NCBI GenBank assembly: GCA_030704615.1
Contig: CM060733.1
Coordinates: 62,186,001-62,250,000, forward strand
DNA: 64,000 nt
Origin: Takakia lepidozioides
Lineage: Eukaryota; Plantae; Bryophyta
Direction: 5' to 3'
Part shown: one piece after another, positions 1 through 11,846 of the stretch
Numbering within the stretch: position 1 is the stretch's first letter
How the letters are laid out: every line of letters begins with the position of its first letter
The notes under the pieces: model-generated
Told to the model about the DNA's origin: nothing
The model's database searches: none
What the model saw: only the letters and a program-made list of their open reading frames with translations
Program-made: the position numbers and the translations under genes

Positions 1-1051
1 CTGCCCACATTAAAGCACCTGAGGGACAAAGCGGGTGGTTAGTAGCATGCGGCATGCAATTGCAATCGGGCCAGGGGACAAAATGTGCACGTGTGCCACA
101 GCATTCTCTGTGGTCTTCCCTCTTGTGGCAAGGACCACCATACATCCACCGTCATCCAGGAGCATCCCCGCCAGCCCAAACCCGGCTCTCCAATAGTCCT
201 CCGTAAACCTGTTCCAGGTGGGCACACCATCCAGGCCTCCAGCAGGTCCCCATCTGGAATATTGAGGAGAACCATATCGCAGGCTCTCTCCACCTCAACC
301 CCCCCCCTCCTCGTGCTCTTGCAATTCGTGCTCATAGCCGTGAAGAATTCCATCATGGCTTCCAAACCAGGGATGTCTTTAGGCTCTGTAGCAGCAGCCC
401 TCTTCTTGGCTTTCCCCTTCAGCTCTTCCAGAGACTTGCTGTGTGCCACCTTCTTCGCCCTGGCAGCCAGAGCGTCAAGGAAGCTCTCATTGACGCATTG
501 GATGATAGTTGGGGATTCTAGCTTCGGCCTCTGAGGAAACGTCACCGCCGAATACCGCCGTGTAGGCTCGCCCCCAAATGCCAACTTCTTGGCAGAGCCA
601 GTCCCAGTCCAAACTGACTTGGGAACCCGGACGAACGGTGACTTGGTAGCAGCAGCAGCAGTCGCAGGACCTTGCATAAAGTCGTCGTCGGAGTCACTCC
701 CTTGGGGCCCCTCCTGCGCCTCCTCTGGTGCCCCAGTGGTTTTCTGTTTTTTGGGGGTTACTTTACTCCCCTGTTTCCGTGTCCTTTTCATTTGTCATTT
801 ATTCTTCTCATTCAATTTCTCCTAAATACTCTGCCGCTTTCGTGGACTTGGCAAGCACTTTCGCCTCCTTTGGACCCAGCGGAGGCAGCGGAGCCCGGTT
901 TCGTCGGGCCTCCGCATCCAGCTTCAATTGGAACTCGGATGAGTCGAGCGAGCCGGGCGGAAGGTCCACATACCAAGGGCAGTCGCGCAAATGCTCTAGA
1001 TGCCACTCCTTCACGATAACGTCAGTGTACATGGAGTCAGCTCAGGGTTCC
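1..1051 (+). mobile_element. Fragment of a subfamily B MULE-like element, interrupted by the Gypsy LTR at 1052
   Basis: Co-linear and highly similar to 33829-35473 of the B copy at 32855-39198, with an internal deletion near 93 that removes the region equivalent to ~33922-34370. Confidence 0.85.
1..1051 (-). pseudogene. Disrupted part of the ParB/MTase-like cargo gene
   Basis: ORFs 808..1032, 39..791 and 10..225 join by frameshifts into CPWYVD...CVNESFLDAL...CDMVLLNIPDG...WNRFTEDYWRAGFGLAGMLLDDGG, homologous to 56939..58228. Confidence 0.8.
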
Positions 1052-1923
1052 TGTTAGAGGGTTGCTTGGGACTTAGACGCTTTTATGGGTTCTGTGGGGT
1101 ACCCTTAATTTTTGCGCAGACTGAGACCAACAGGAGCCTTAGGGGTGGCAGGAGCAGGCTTTAGGGGGGTTACACAGCCCGACACAACTTCGCACAGCCA
1201 GTCACAGCCCGACACAACTTCACACATCCAGTCACAGCCCGACACAGCTTTACACAGCTAGTCACAGCTCGGCACAGCTTGACACAGCCTGTCACAGTAC
1301 ATGGGGAATAGTTATCATTGACAGGGAACGATTGTGAGGGAACGACATCTGCAGAGGGAACGTGTTACTTCAGGGGTGACGGTTAGTTAGTTAGGTGGTT
1401 AGAATAGCTTGCGGGTAGATTAGGAGAGCGGCAACGGGAAGGGGATCACTTCTGGAGGAGGGCGACTTGTTGAAGGGAGGAAAAGACGCAACGGAGAGCG
1501 GGAAACAGTGAAGAGGAGATGATGACTTGAATGAGGCTTAGTTCATGCAAGCTGTAGAATTATACAGTAGGATAGAATAGAGACACCATGGCATAGGCAT
1601 GATACAAGATTAATCTTAATCCGATACTGAATCGATACAAACAGACTGTGTAGAGAGACACGAGAGAAGCTATGGAATGAATGCATGATTAACTGGAACT
1701 TAGTAGATACTGAAGCAATCTGATGCTTCAGTATACACGGTAAGGTAAATTGATAACATGAAGGCAGGAAGGAATACAAATAGGAAGCACAACCATGATT
1801 CACTAGCTGCAAGTCATGACTCATTGTTCTGAGCGGGCTGAGTGCTTAGAGATATCCAACTCTACTATCTTGGAGTTTCCACCTCGGATAGCGAAGGGAT
1901 GGGTGAGTAAAAGCCGCTCGACA
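1052..1923 (+). repeat. 5' LTR of a Ty3/Gypsy element
   Basis: Begins TGTTAGAGGG, ends GCTCGACA, is a direct repeat of 9100-10149 and is followed by a PBS. Confidence 0.9.
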
Positions 1924-2511
1924 TTTGGCGACCATACTGGGGAACTGGGTCATGAACAACCAGATGTGACAGGCATCTGGTGGGATCATGGTGGTTGGAG
2001 AATTAAAGAATTTGATGTAAATCAAATTCCCTGTGAAACTGAGAAGGAAAGATTGTCCAAACGATTCTTTCAGAGGTTCTTGGAATTGCCAGACGGTTGT
2101 AAAGAAAACATTCTTAAAAGAGTGCATGATGTTGACCCTGAGTGGGGTCTGGAGAAAGGAGTAATAAAGATTTATCAGGTGGCCTGTAGAGGAAGAGCAC
2201 GTTGGTTACCAACACTGGTTTATGTGATAGCATTGCTATCCATTAAGCGAGTAGAGTTTGAAGGCTGGGAGGAAAGGAAGGTGAATGTTTATACTCATAT
2301 GCATGAAGAGTTTGTACTGGTAAAGAATTGGATTCCAAAGGATATTCTGTGGATCAAACTCACACCAAGAACAGCTTTCCAGACTTGTTTGCCATATGGT
2401 TATATGGTAACGGAGACTTCTAGTATAGCCAAGGGTGCATTGAAGCTTGAAAGAAACCCAAGCATATATGAGAGATACTACAGAAGAGAGTTTTGGTTAC
2501 TGCCACATTAA
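1816..2511 (+). CDS. Extra ORF upstream of gag, unknown function
   Basis: 231-codon open frame spanning the LTR end and the leader, ending 20 nt before the gag ATG. No recognisable motif. Confidence 0.45.
   Translation: MTHCSERAECLEISNSTILEFPPRIAKGWVSKSRSTFGDHTGELGHEQPDVTGIWWDHGGWRIKEFDVNQIPCETEKERLSKRFFQRFLELPDGCKENILKRVHDVDPEWGLEKGVIKIYQVACRGRARWLPTLVYVIALLSIKRVEFEGWEERKVNVYTHMHEEFVLVKNWIPKDILWIKLTPRTAFQTCLPYGYMVTETSSIAKGALKLERNPSIYERYYRREFWLLPH
1926..1943 (+). promoter_or_regulatory. Primer-binding site TGGCGACCATACTGGGGA (resembles the tRNA-Arg type PBS of OTA-clade elements)
   Basis: TGG-initiated 18-mer 2 nt after the LTR CA. The tRNA identity rests on recalled resemblance only. Confidence 0.7.
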
Positions 2512-2531
2512 AGAAATGAAAGACATGGGAC

Positions 2532-3855
2532 ATGAGTGATGAAAAAGAAGCTAGACTCCAGAGATATTCAGCAAAAAGAGAAAGTTATCTGAAAGCTAAT
2601 TATCCATATCTTTGGGAGAGAGGAATAGACATAGGGGAATCATCTGGACCTCTCACACCATTAAGATCAGAGAGTACATCACCCATACCGGAAGAACTAG
2701 AGTTGGATGCCACTCCTTCTTTTTCTTTGCAAGAAAAATTAAGGGAATTGGTACGGGAAAAAGATCAACCATGAGGTGAAAGATCTGAGGTACATCCTTG
2801 GATAAAAGATTTGACAGAAATCTTTGATAAGAGTTGGCATGGAACACCAAAAGCAGGAACTCCAGTTTCTGAAATGGAAGACGAAGAAGGAGGAGAGGAT
2901 GTGGCAGAACCAACGGAGAGTTCAGACTCTCCAACACCATTGCAATTGAGTTACATGAGTGAAGAAGAAGAAACCCAAGGGCAGAACTTGAAAGACGAAA
3001 GCAGAGAGAAGAAATTGGAAGAGGAAGAGTATGAAGAAGTAGACCCAACAGCTGAGGTTGAGACTACAACCAGGACATCCCAACCCGTTGGACCTGGATC
3101 AAGTGGAGCACTTGGATCACAGGCCAACGAAGGTGTCGGCTCAGGGGGATCAGGCGGGCAGCTTGGATCTGGCTCTGGGGGGACAGGGGGTGTGGGAAGT
3201 AATGCAACTGGAGCTGGGAATACTGTGAATATAGTGGGGCCAGTAGCAGGGAGTGCTCAGGGGCCACCACTTGGTGGAAGCTCCAACACAACTACAACAG
3301 GTCCTCAAGGACCAGCACCAGCAAGGGGGCCAGCATCTGTCAGTGGGCAGAAGGTAGGGCCACAGATGACGTTACAACCAACACGGGCAAAACCACATTT
3401 TCCAATATATTCAGGAAAAGGGGATCTTGATGTACACATTAGCCAATTTGAGCACATGTGTATTGTGAACAATGAGAATGGCGATGATGCCAAGATGAGA
3501 CTGTTTCCTTGTTCACTTATCAAGAAAGCAAGTGAATGGTATGCAAGATTCCCTGATAATCATTTCCTAACCTGGAATGGCTTGAATACATCATTCCAAA
3601 ATAGGTTCAGGACAAGTAAAACTGAGGCTGACGTGTATGGAAGTTTACAACAGTTAAAGCAAAAGAAGCATGAAATTGTTGAGGAGTATATGGAAAAGAT
3701 GGAATTGATGATGAAAAAGCTGGCTGCTGTACCAGCACCAGGTTTACAGAAGACTTGGTTTGTGAGTGGACTAAGACCAGAGTTGCAAAAGAAAGTGGAT
3801 ATGTTACCCCATAATACAGTGGAGGAGGCATTTGAAACAGCGAACAGAATTAACG
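2532..3855 (+). pseudogene. gag: Gypsy gag (one in-frame stop, truncated by deletion)
   Basis: Retrotransposon-gag core HISQFEHMC...AKMRLFPCSL...ASEWY...TWNGLNTSFQNRF. TGA at 2772. The sequence jumps to the RNase H tail at ~3855. Confidence 0.85.
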
Positions 3856-5914
3856 AGTTTGAGTTCGAGTTGTTTACAAGCCTGGCCGTTTGCATCTTGT
3901 GGCAGATCATTTGTCATGCCTAACAACAGGAGAGCCCGCCACAGGAGTAGACGATCAATTACCTGATGCGAGTTTATTTGCAATGGAGGTGCAAGGAAGT
4001 GCAGATGAATGGTTAGATTGGTAGTGGCCAATCAGATACTACCTTACTCATGGTCAGTGCCCACCTAGTTATGGTAAGGAGCAGAGGAAGAGAATCGCTA
4101 TCAAGGCTTTACCTTATACTATGGTAGGGGGCAGAATGTATAAGCTAGGACCTGATAGAGTACTTAAACGATGCTTGTACCACCATGAAGTAAATAAAGT
4201 TTTGGAGGAAGTTCATAAAAGAATGGCTGGAGGACATTTTGGAGAAGAGACTACCAGTAGGAAGATACTACGTGCAGGTTACTGGTGGCCTACTTTGTTC
4301 AAAGATGTACACAAGTATTGTGAGAGTTGTGATGAATGTCAGAGGCTAGGACCTTTGCAGAGATCTGGGAAGATGGCTTTGCATCCTACAATGCCTACTG
4401 AACCATTTCAGAAATGGGGACTAGACTTTGTTGAACCAATTAACCCACCAGCCAAGAATACACAGAACAAGTATATAATCACAGCCACTGATTATACTAC
4501 GAAGTGGGTGGATGCTAAAGCTCTGAGGGACAACACAGCCAAGTCCATAGCAAGGTTCCTGTATGAGAACATACTTACACGATTTGGCTGTCCCTTGGAA
4601 TTTATCAGTGACCAGGGAAGTCACTTCATTAATGAGACCATTGAACTATTGAGTAAAGAGTTCATGATTGTGCATAGGAAGAGTACAACGTATTACCCAC
4701 AGGGTAATGGGCAGGCAGAGGCTACCAACAAAATACTATGTATTATCTTGGCTAAGATAGTCAATGCAAACAGAACGGATTGGGATACAAAGCTGCTGAC
4801 AGCTTTGTGGTCATACAGGACTTCATATAAAGTCACCACTAAGTATACACCATTCCAATTAGTTTATGGTATGGAAGCTTTACTTCCAGTGGAATTCTTG
4901 TTACCTACCATGAGAACGGAATGGGGAAAGAGAATGGAATTGGAAGATTCAATTAAGGTCAGGAAACATGAATTATACCATGTGGAAGAAGTACGTGCTG
5001 ATGTAGCTGATAACATGACCAGAATTCAAATGAAGAGGAAGGAACAGCTTGATGAAGGCAAATTAAAGACTTTTAAGACGGGAGATTTGGTTCTCTGGTT
5101 GCAGAAGAAGGGGAAGATTAAAGCTTCTACGCGTAAATCACCATGGAAAGGACCTTATGTCATACAGAAGATGTATGATAACAACACAGCCATGTTACAA
5201 ACCATTAACAAAGAGATGTTGGGAAGAGTCAATGCCAATAAGTTGAAAGGGTACAGTGGTATCCATGACAAACCATTGAAGCACGATTTGCATGTCCAAA
5301 CGCAAAAGCAGTCAAGGGGTGCGCCAGTGATACCAACGGAGTATGGAGCACTTGTCGCTAAGCCGAACGTATATGATCAGGGCGGGCAGTACAAGTGTGA
5401 CACAGCCTATCACAGCCCATCACGGTGCCACACAGCCTATCACAGCCTACCACAACATGACCCAGCCTATCACAACCCACAGTGTCACACAACCTATCAC
5501 AGCCTACCACAACATGTCACAGCCTATCACAGCTTACCACAGTGCCACACAGCCTATCACAGCGTACCACAGTATGACACAGCCTGTCACAGCTCAACAC
5601 AGCCTATCGGGGTTACACAGTCCATAGGATCAGTGACAGGTGGACGTGGGTTAACATCCGGAGAGTGGCCGGCGGAAAAGTGGACGGAGGCAGGTTTAGA
5701 ATTGGACACGTGGACGCCAGGGCGAGACACACAGCCGGGCATGAATGGCAACCACGGGTGTCATCAAGATAGAAGACAAATTCAGCCGTCAAAGTACCTA
5801 CCCGGCACATCAGTCCAAACGAATTGTGGGCCCATTAATGCATACAGGGAACGGGTAACGGAACCCTTTACAAGTACCGAAAAAGCGAAATCCTTGGCCC
5901 ATGTGCTATCCTAG
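3856..5914 (+). pseudogene. pol: Gypsy pol 3' part: RNase H tail and integrase (integrase ORF 4121..5914 open)
   Basis: H..GGHFG...C..C zinc finger, KWGLDFV, FISDQGSHF, YYPQGNGQAEATN core and the WKGPY (GPY/F) module. Confidence 0.92.
5395..5620 (+). repeat. ~30-bp CACAGC-rich tandem repeat in frame with the integrase C-terminus
   Basis: Repeated CACAGCCTATCACAGC..., translating as (C/H)xTAYHSLPQ. Confidence 0.85.
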
Positions 5915-6344
5915 TGGACAGTCTAGGGGGGGAAATCCACGGAAGGGAATTAAATTACAAAATCAATCACAGAGCCAACAGCCAATCATAAGCCAGAAAT
6001 ACCTGCAGAGGGTATTTTCCAAGAAGCAAGATCAAGAATTTAGAGGGATTCTGAGCGCAAGAGTCGGAATCGTTCCAAGTAACGGGCGTCTCGACGGGAG
6101 AGACAATCAAAGCTATAGCTTTGAAGCTATGGCGGAAATAACAGACTATACACTCGCATTACTACTTACGCAGTGGCACAAGGACGAACGAACGGAGAGT
6201 ACCTTTTCTCTAAATCGATACTTGCAAGCCCCACAGGCTTACAAGCACTTATCCATTTCATTCTGCACCAACCATACTTTTATGCTTTGTGCCCTATAGG
6301 CGTTTCTTCAGTTGTTGCAACCAAAACCTTTCTGTTTGTCCAGA

Positions 6345-9060
6345 ATGAAGAGAGTGAGAGGAATGGAGGATATCAGGGTGAAGAGCACCACAATCTTACA
6401 GAAGCAAATGATTGCTACACCACAGGCGGTGCAGCTAGTGAAGGAGCTACGATTGGAGGGATTGCTACGCAAGGACTGGTCCTTGCATCATCGGCAGTTC
6501 ATGATACAATTTCTTCAGAACTTTGAGCCTCGGACAGGAGTTACTCAGGTGAGGGGAGTAGATATAGAAATTACTCCCCAGTACCTGCATCAATTGTTTG
6601 ATTTGCCATCAGGACATGTGGATGTGGATGAGCACAGGACAAGATTGCAGATAGGGAATTTATTCCAAGAAGGGAGTTTCTTTAAAACTCAAGGCTACGC
6701 TTGTACCAAGGCCGAGTACCCAGGGCTTAGAGAAGTTGGCCAAATCTTGAACGTTCTGTTTGCCATGAAATAGAACCAACAGTATTTGAGCAGGTCATTC
6801 ACAGAGGAGATCCTGAAAGCTTTTAGGGGAGAGGATGTCGCTTGGGCGGAGTTAATGTACAACGGATTGGTGGACGAGATGAAGAGGTTACAGGGCACTG
6901 CTGCAAAGTCTCCGATCATTGTGTCTAGACCAATCATTGCTCAAATAATTCTTGATTCTTGCATACTTGATACTCGGGATAGAAAGGAGATGGGAGTGTT
7001 TGAGGCAAAAACCACTGCAATTGAAGAGCAAGGCTCTTCACACAGTGAGGGTGGACTGGCAGGGCAACATCAAACTAAGAGACAGAGGCGGGGTATGACT
7101 GTAGTGGCGGATCCACTAGCTTCACGGAAACCGCACGATAATGTTTCCCAAGCTCTTGTGCAGGATGGGGCACAACAGCACATAGAGCTACTATTATTGG
7201 AAGCAGGGCCTTCAGAGAGGGAAGTGGAAGTCACATCGATACCACAGCCACCACAACCAATTGACTCTGTTGTTTTAGAGGTTCCACAGTTAGTATATGC
7301 TGTGGCATCACACCCAATTGCTCTGGAAGGAGAAAGGTTGGACATTCCCACTACAGAGCAGGTCGTGGCCGAAATTGAGAAGGGTGACCTTCTCTATGAA
7401 AATTCTGGCTTGGTAAGGGAAACAGTGATTCCAGAGGTGCAGCGGTTGTCCAGGAGAAACCCTGCTGTGCATGTAATACCCACACCTGTGACGGAGGTAC
7501 CAGGGGTAGAATATCAAGACACTACAGCACCTGTGGCGGATGAGGTGGTTCAGGAAGAAAATTTGGTGGGGCAATGGCCTGAATGGTTCGTGAGGCATCA
7601 CACCTTATGCAGGTCTGTTTAGCACAAGGGCTGGTGGAAGGCAAAGCACCACGGAAGCTCACCCAAGGCGAGATGAATGAGCTCAGACTGCAGGTGCAAA
7701 ACATTGCCACAACTACTATAAACAATGTCTATAGTAGGATAACTGAGCTTCAGGAGGATGTAGAAGGCCTGCAGACTCAGGTGGATGATCTAAGTTCAAA
7801 TATTGACAAGAGAGTCTTTGTACCTGAGGAGCAGCTGATGGCTACTTATTTACAAGCCAGAACTTAAATTTTCAGTCTTCTTCGCAAGGGGTGCAGGAGA
7901 TGCCAGTGGTAGAAGGGCCAGTGCTACTGATACCACAACAAGTGACTGTGCAGGTAGCTGAACCTGTTGTTACTACAGCCACACCACAGCCTGAGGTATG
8001 GGGGGATGCTGCTTTTAACCCACCTAAGTCTCTTGCTGCACGGGAGTATAGTCGAGCTATGATTATGCCCTTCAACCAAATTCCCATTGTGTTGGATTTG
8101 GCTTGGAAGAAATTTAGTCCTCCGCGGTTGTTGGCACATTACTACCAGATCATGCGCATTTGGCTGCCAGTGGCAACTAGGACTAAGGTTCTTCCGAACA
8201 ATCAACCCATTGAGGATCATCACTTTGCGAGGTACTGGTCTGAAGCAAGGACCATGTTGAAGGAATTAATTGCCTTCCAAGTTGTACATGGGTACATTTA
8301 TACCAAGACCAAGGAGGTATCAAGTATTGTCATGGGCTCTGGATTATACTATGCTGCTTGTTTTCTGGCACGTTATCACATTGAGCAGCAGAAGATGCAA
8401 TCCTAATTTCTGAGTTATTCCAGTGGGGATCATTGGGTTTTACCTTCAGTGCCACCTCAAATGTATCTATATGAAGCAAAAGTTATGATGCAAAAGGATT
8501 ACCAACTTCGTTCATGGTTTCATTCAGCATGGAACAATTTGTCAACACAGAAATTCGGCCCTGACGATATTTTCTTTAAGGGACATGAGGCATGGAAATA
8601 CTTGCACTGTTCTCAAGTCATTGGCACACCTTTCACCTGTACAGACAAAGAGTTCAGGGTGTTCACCAATTTTGCCATTAAGTGCTTACAGCAAGTTCTG
8701 CAATTTAAACTTCCAGACATGGTGGGACCACATTGTATGCCCCAGAGGATTCCAGATAGAGTTCGACCGTTAAAACACCTCAGGGGGGACGACGATTCTG
8801 ATACTACTGTTTCTTCAGCGGACTCTTTTGACATGGCAGAAGACTATGCACTTCAGATGGCAGAAAAGAAACGACGGGGATCTCATATGCCTGAGAGGTT
8901 ACCTCGATATCAGCCAAAGGAGGGTCTGACATTTCCGGGTAGTGCTCAATCATCTCCGTCAACCAGTGACAAGACTCGGGCTCGCACACGGAGTCCTTCA
9001 CGAGACTCTCACCGTCAGAAGGGTGTTCGATCACAAAGGTTTGCTAATCCCAAACAGTAA
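6345..9060 (+). pseudogene. Decayed long 3' extra ORF (env-like position) of the Gypsy element
   Basis: ORFs 6312..6773, 6786..7622, 7583..7867, 7891..8406 and 8449..9060 are separated by single stops or one frameshift. The N-terminal QFLQNF...VRGVDIEITPQYLHQLFDLP resembles plant retroelement 3' ORFs. Confidence 0.7.
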
Positions 9061-9081
9061 ACCGTGAGGACACGGCTTTTT

Positions 9082-9095
9082 GAGAGGGGGAGGGG
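9082..9095 (+). promoter_or_regulatory. Polypurine tract
   Basis: GAGAGGGGGAGGGG lies 4 nt upstream of the LTR TG at 9100. Confidence 0.85.
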
Positions 9096-9099
9096 TAAA

Positions 9100-10149
9100 T
9101 GTTAGAGGGCTGCTTGGGACTTAGATGCTTTTACGGGTTCTGTGGGGTACCCTTAATTTTTGCACAGACTGAGACCAACAGGAGCCTTAGGGGTGGCAGC
9201 AGCAGGCTTTAGGGGGGGGGGGGGGTGACACAGCCCGACACAGCCACATAGCCAGTCACAGTCGACACAGCCAGACACAGCCTGCCACAGCTTCGCACAG
9301 CCATTCACAGCCAACACAGTCCGCCAAAGCTTCGCACAGCCGACACAGCCGACACAGCCGACACGGCCAGTCACAGCCCGCCACAGCTTCGCGCAGCCCG
9401 ACACAGCCGACACAGCCAGATACAGTTCGCCACAGCTTCGCACAGCCGACACAGCCCGCCACAGCTTCGCACAGCCCGACACAGCCGACAGAGCCAGTCA
9501 CAGCCCGACACAGCCTTACACAGCCAGTCACAGCTCGGCACAGCTTGACACAGCCTGTCACAGTACATAGGGAACAGTTATCATTGGCAGGGAACGACTG
9601 TGAGGGATGACGGTTAATTAGTTAGGTGGTTAGAACAGCTTGCAGGCAGATAAGGAGAGCGACAACGAAAAGAAAGACACTACACGGGGGGGGCGCTTCT
9701 GGGTCACGGAGGAGAGGAGATCAAGAACGAGAGCACGGAGAAGGAGGAGAGATGAACAGTAGATGCTTATTTCATGCAGAGCTGTAGTGATATTGTAGGG
9801 CGGATTAGAGTCACTTTGACATTGGCCTAGTACCTGATAAATCGTAATCTGATACTTATTCGATACAAGCACACTGTGTAGAGAGACATGAGTGAAGCTA
9901 TGAAATGAATGCATGATTAACTGGAACTAAAAAGATACTGAAGCAATCTGATGCTTCAGTATCAGATAAGGTAAATTGATAACATGAAGGCAAGAAGGAA
10001 TACGAATGGGAAGCACAACCATGATTCACTAGCTGCAAGTCATGACTGATTATACTGAGCGGGCTGAGTGTTTAGAGATATCCAACTCTTCTATCTTGGA
10101 GTTTCCACCTCGGATAGCGAAGGGATGGGTGAGTAAAAGCCGCTCGACA
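9100..10149 (+). repeat. 3' LTR with expanded CACAGC tandem array (9228-9565)
   Basis: TG...CA termini, homologous to 1052-1923, preceded by a PPT and not followed by a PBS. Confidence 0.9.
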
Positions 10150-11383
10150 CAGACCAAGGGCGAGGACCTAACGGGGAAGAACTGTGTTACTATTGTAATC
10201 AGGCAGGCCATCGCAAGGCAGCCTGTCCATTCTGGATCAGACACCAGAATGAGATGAGAGCTCCTGTGAATGAGGGGCCAGTGGTGGCAGCTCACATGGT
10301 TAGGCCATGTGTTGTACCAGAAGTAAGTACAATGATAGTAACCAGAAGCAAAGCCAAACTAATACCTCCAGTAGATGAGGAAGATGATGATAATGAAGAT
10401 GGCAGTGATGTGCCTGAAGATGATGAGGCTTGGAGAGATGAGAAGGAACTGCACAAGGAAGTGGCAGATACCATAAGGGAAATGCAGAAGAGTACTGATA
10501 TTCCTATGGCAGATTCCTCTGATTCTGAAAGAGAAGAGGAAGTGAGTGAGGATGAAGGGAAGAAAGAAGTTGCAGAAATATAGAGTAATGAAGGGACTTT
10601 GGCTGAAGTAATATGCCAGTCCAAAGCGGAGATTACCATTGGACAGCTATTGGCTGTGGCACCTTATTGTAGACACAGGCTGTATCAAGCAATCAATCGA
10701 ATTGCCCATGTGACAGGGAACACAGACCTGAACAGCAAGGTGACCAGTTATAATGTGAAGCCGGAAGGGCGAGAAACAGTCATGGACTTTGATGATTCTA
10801 TGCCAGTAATCGAATTGAGAATTGGAAGCACAGAAGTAACTGATGTACTGATAGATGGAGGCTCTGGAGTGAATATCATGACAGACCAATTAAGGCAGAA
10901 GCTTGGTCTAAGTAACATGAAACCAGCCCCATTTACAATAACAATGGCAGATCAAAGAAGTGTACAGCCATTGGGATTGATAAGAGGAGTTAAGATACAG
11001 ATTCAAAAGATGCTCTTTATGATCACAGTAACTGTGTTGAAAATGGATGAAGTCATGGAAGCTTACTCCTTATTGTTGGGACGTCCGTGGCTGAAACAGG
11101 CCAAGGTATTCCATGACTGGAATTCCCAGTTACTAACTGTGCATGATGGGATGCACAAGATACAAATTACCACTAAGAAATCTAGTAGATTACCTGCTAC
11201 GAGAAGACCTCGAGGGGTCAAGGAGTATGACTGGAGGGGAGGACATGAGGAGCAGGAAGCTACCATGTTCGCTGCACACCCAGAGTGGGAGCAGCTTGCA
11301 GAGATGCAGCTGGAAGGCCTAAGTTGTTTAAAAGGTATCTGCTGTGGTGTAGTGACAGCAACACCAATTGAAGGTGAAACAAG
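10150..11383 (+). pseudogene. gag-pol: Gypsy gag zinc knuckle and aspartic protease
   Basis: CYYCNQAGHRKAAC (CCHC) at ~10183-10227, protease VLIDGGSGVNIM and LLGRPWL. Cut by element A. Confidence 0.88.
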
Positions 11384-11846
11384 GGGGGCTGCTATTTCAT
11401 GAGCCATGAGCCATGAGCGGCATGAGCCATGAGCAGAGTCGTAAGTGTGGAAAAAAACATGAGCAACACTATTTTTCGGAAATGAGTGTCCGCGGGAATA
11501 GGGTTTAGGGTGCCACGGTCATAGGGGGAGAAGGACCTCCCGATGAAGGAGGTTCGGCAATGTTATTTAGAATTATATATTGAAAGGCAATGTTTCGCAA
11601 ATGGTAGGGTGGTACTGCTCTGTACAATGGGGGCCCATTTCAGCCTACCAGCCACTTGCAAAATCCACCCACACTCCCAATCCCAAACGAAATGAGCAAT
11701 GACGCATTCTCGGAACGATGGACATAGAATAGAATAAAAAGAGGGCACAATGAGGTTTTTATTGATCCACATGAATTGCATTTGAAGCACGTCTATTGTG
11801 CTGATTGTGCAATCAAATCTTTAGCCCTGTGCCTACTGAATACAAG

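Noticed and set aside
9153-9568. Cys-rich ORFs on the minus strand
   Set aside because: They are translations of the LTR CACAGC tandem repeat.
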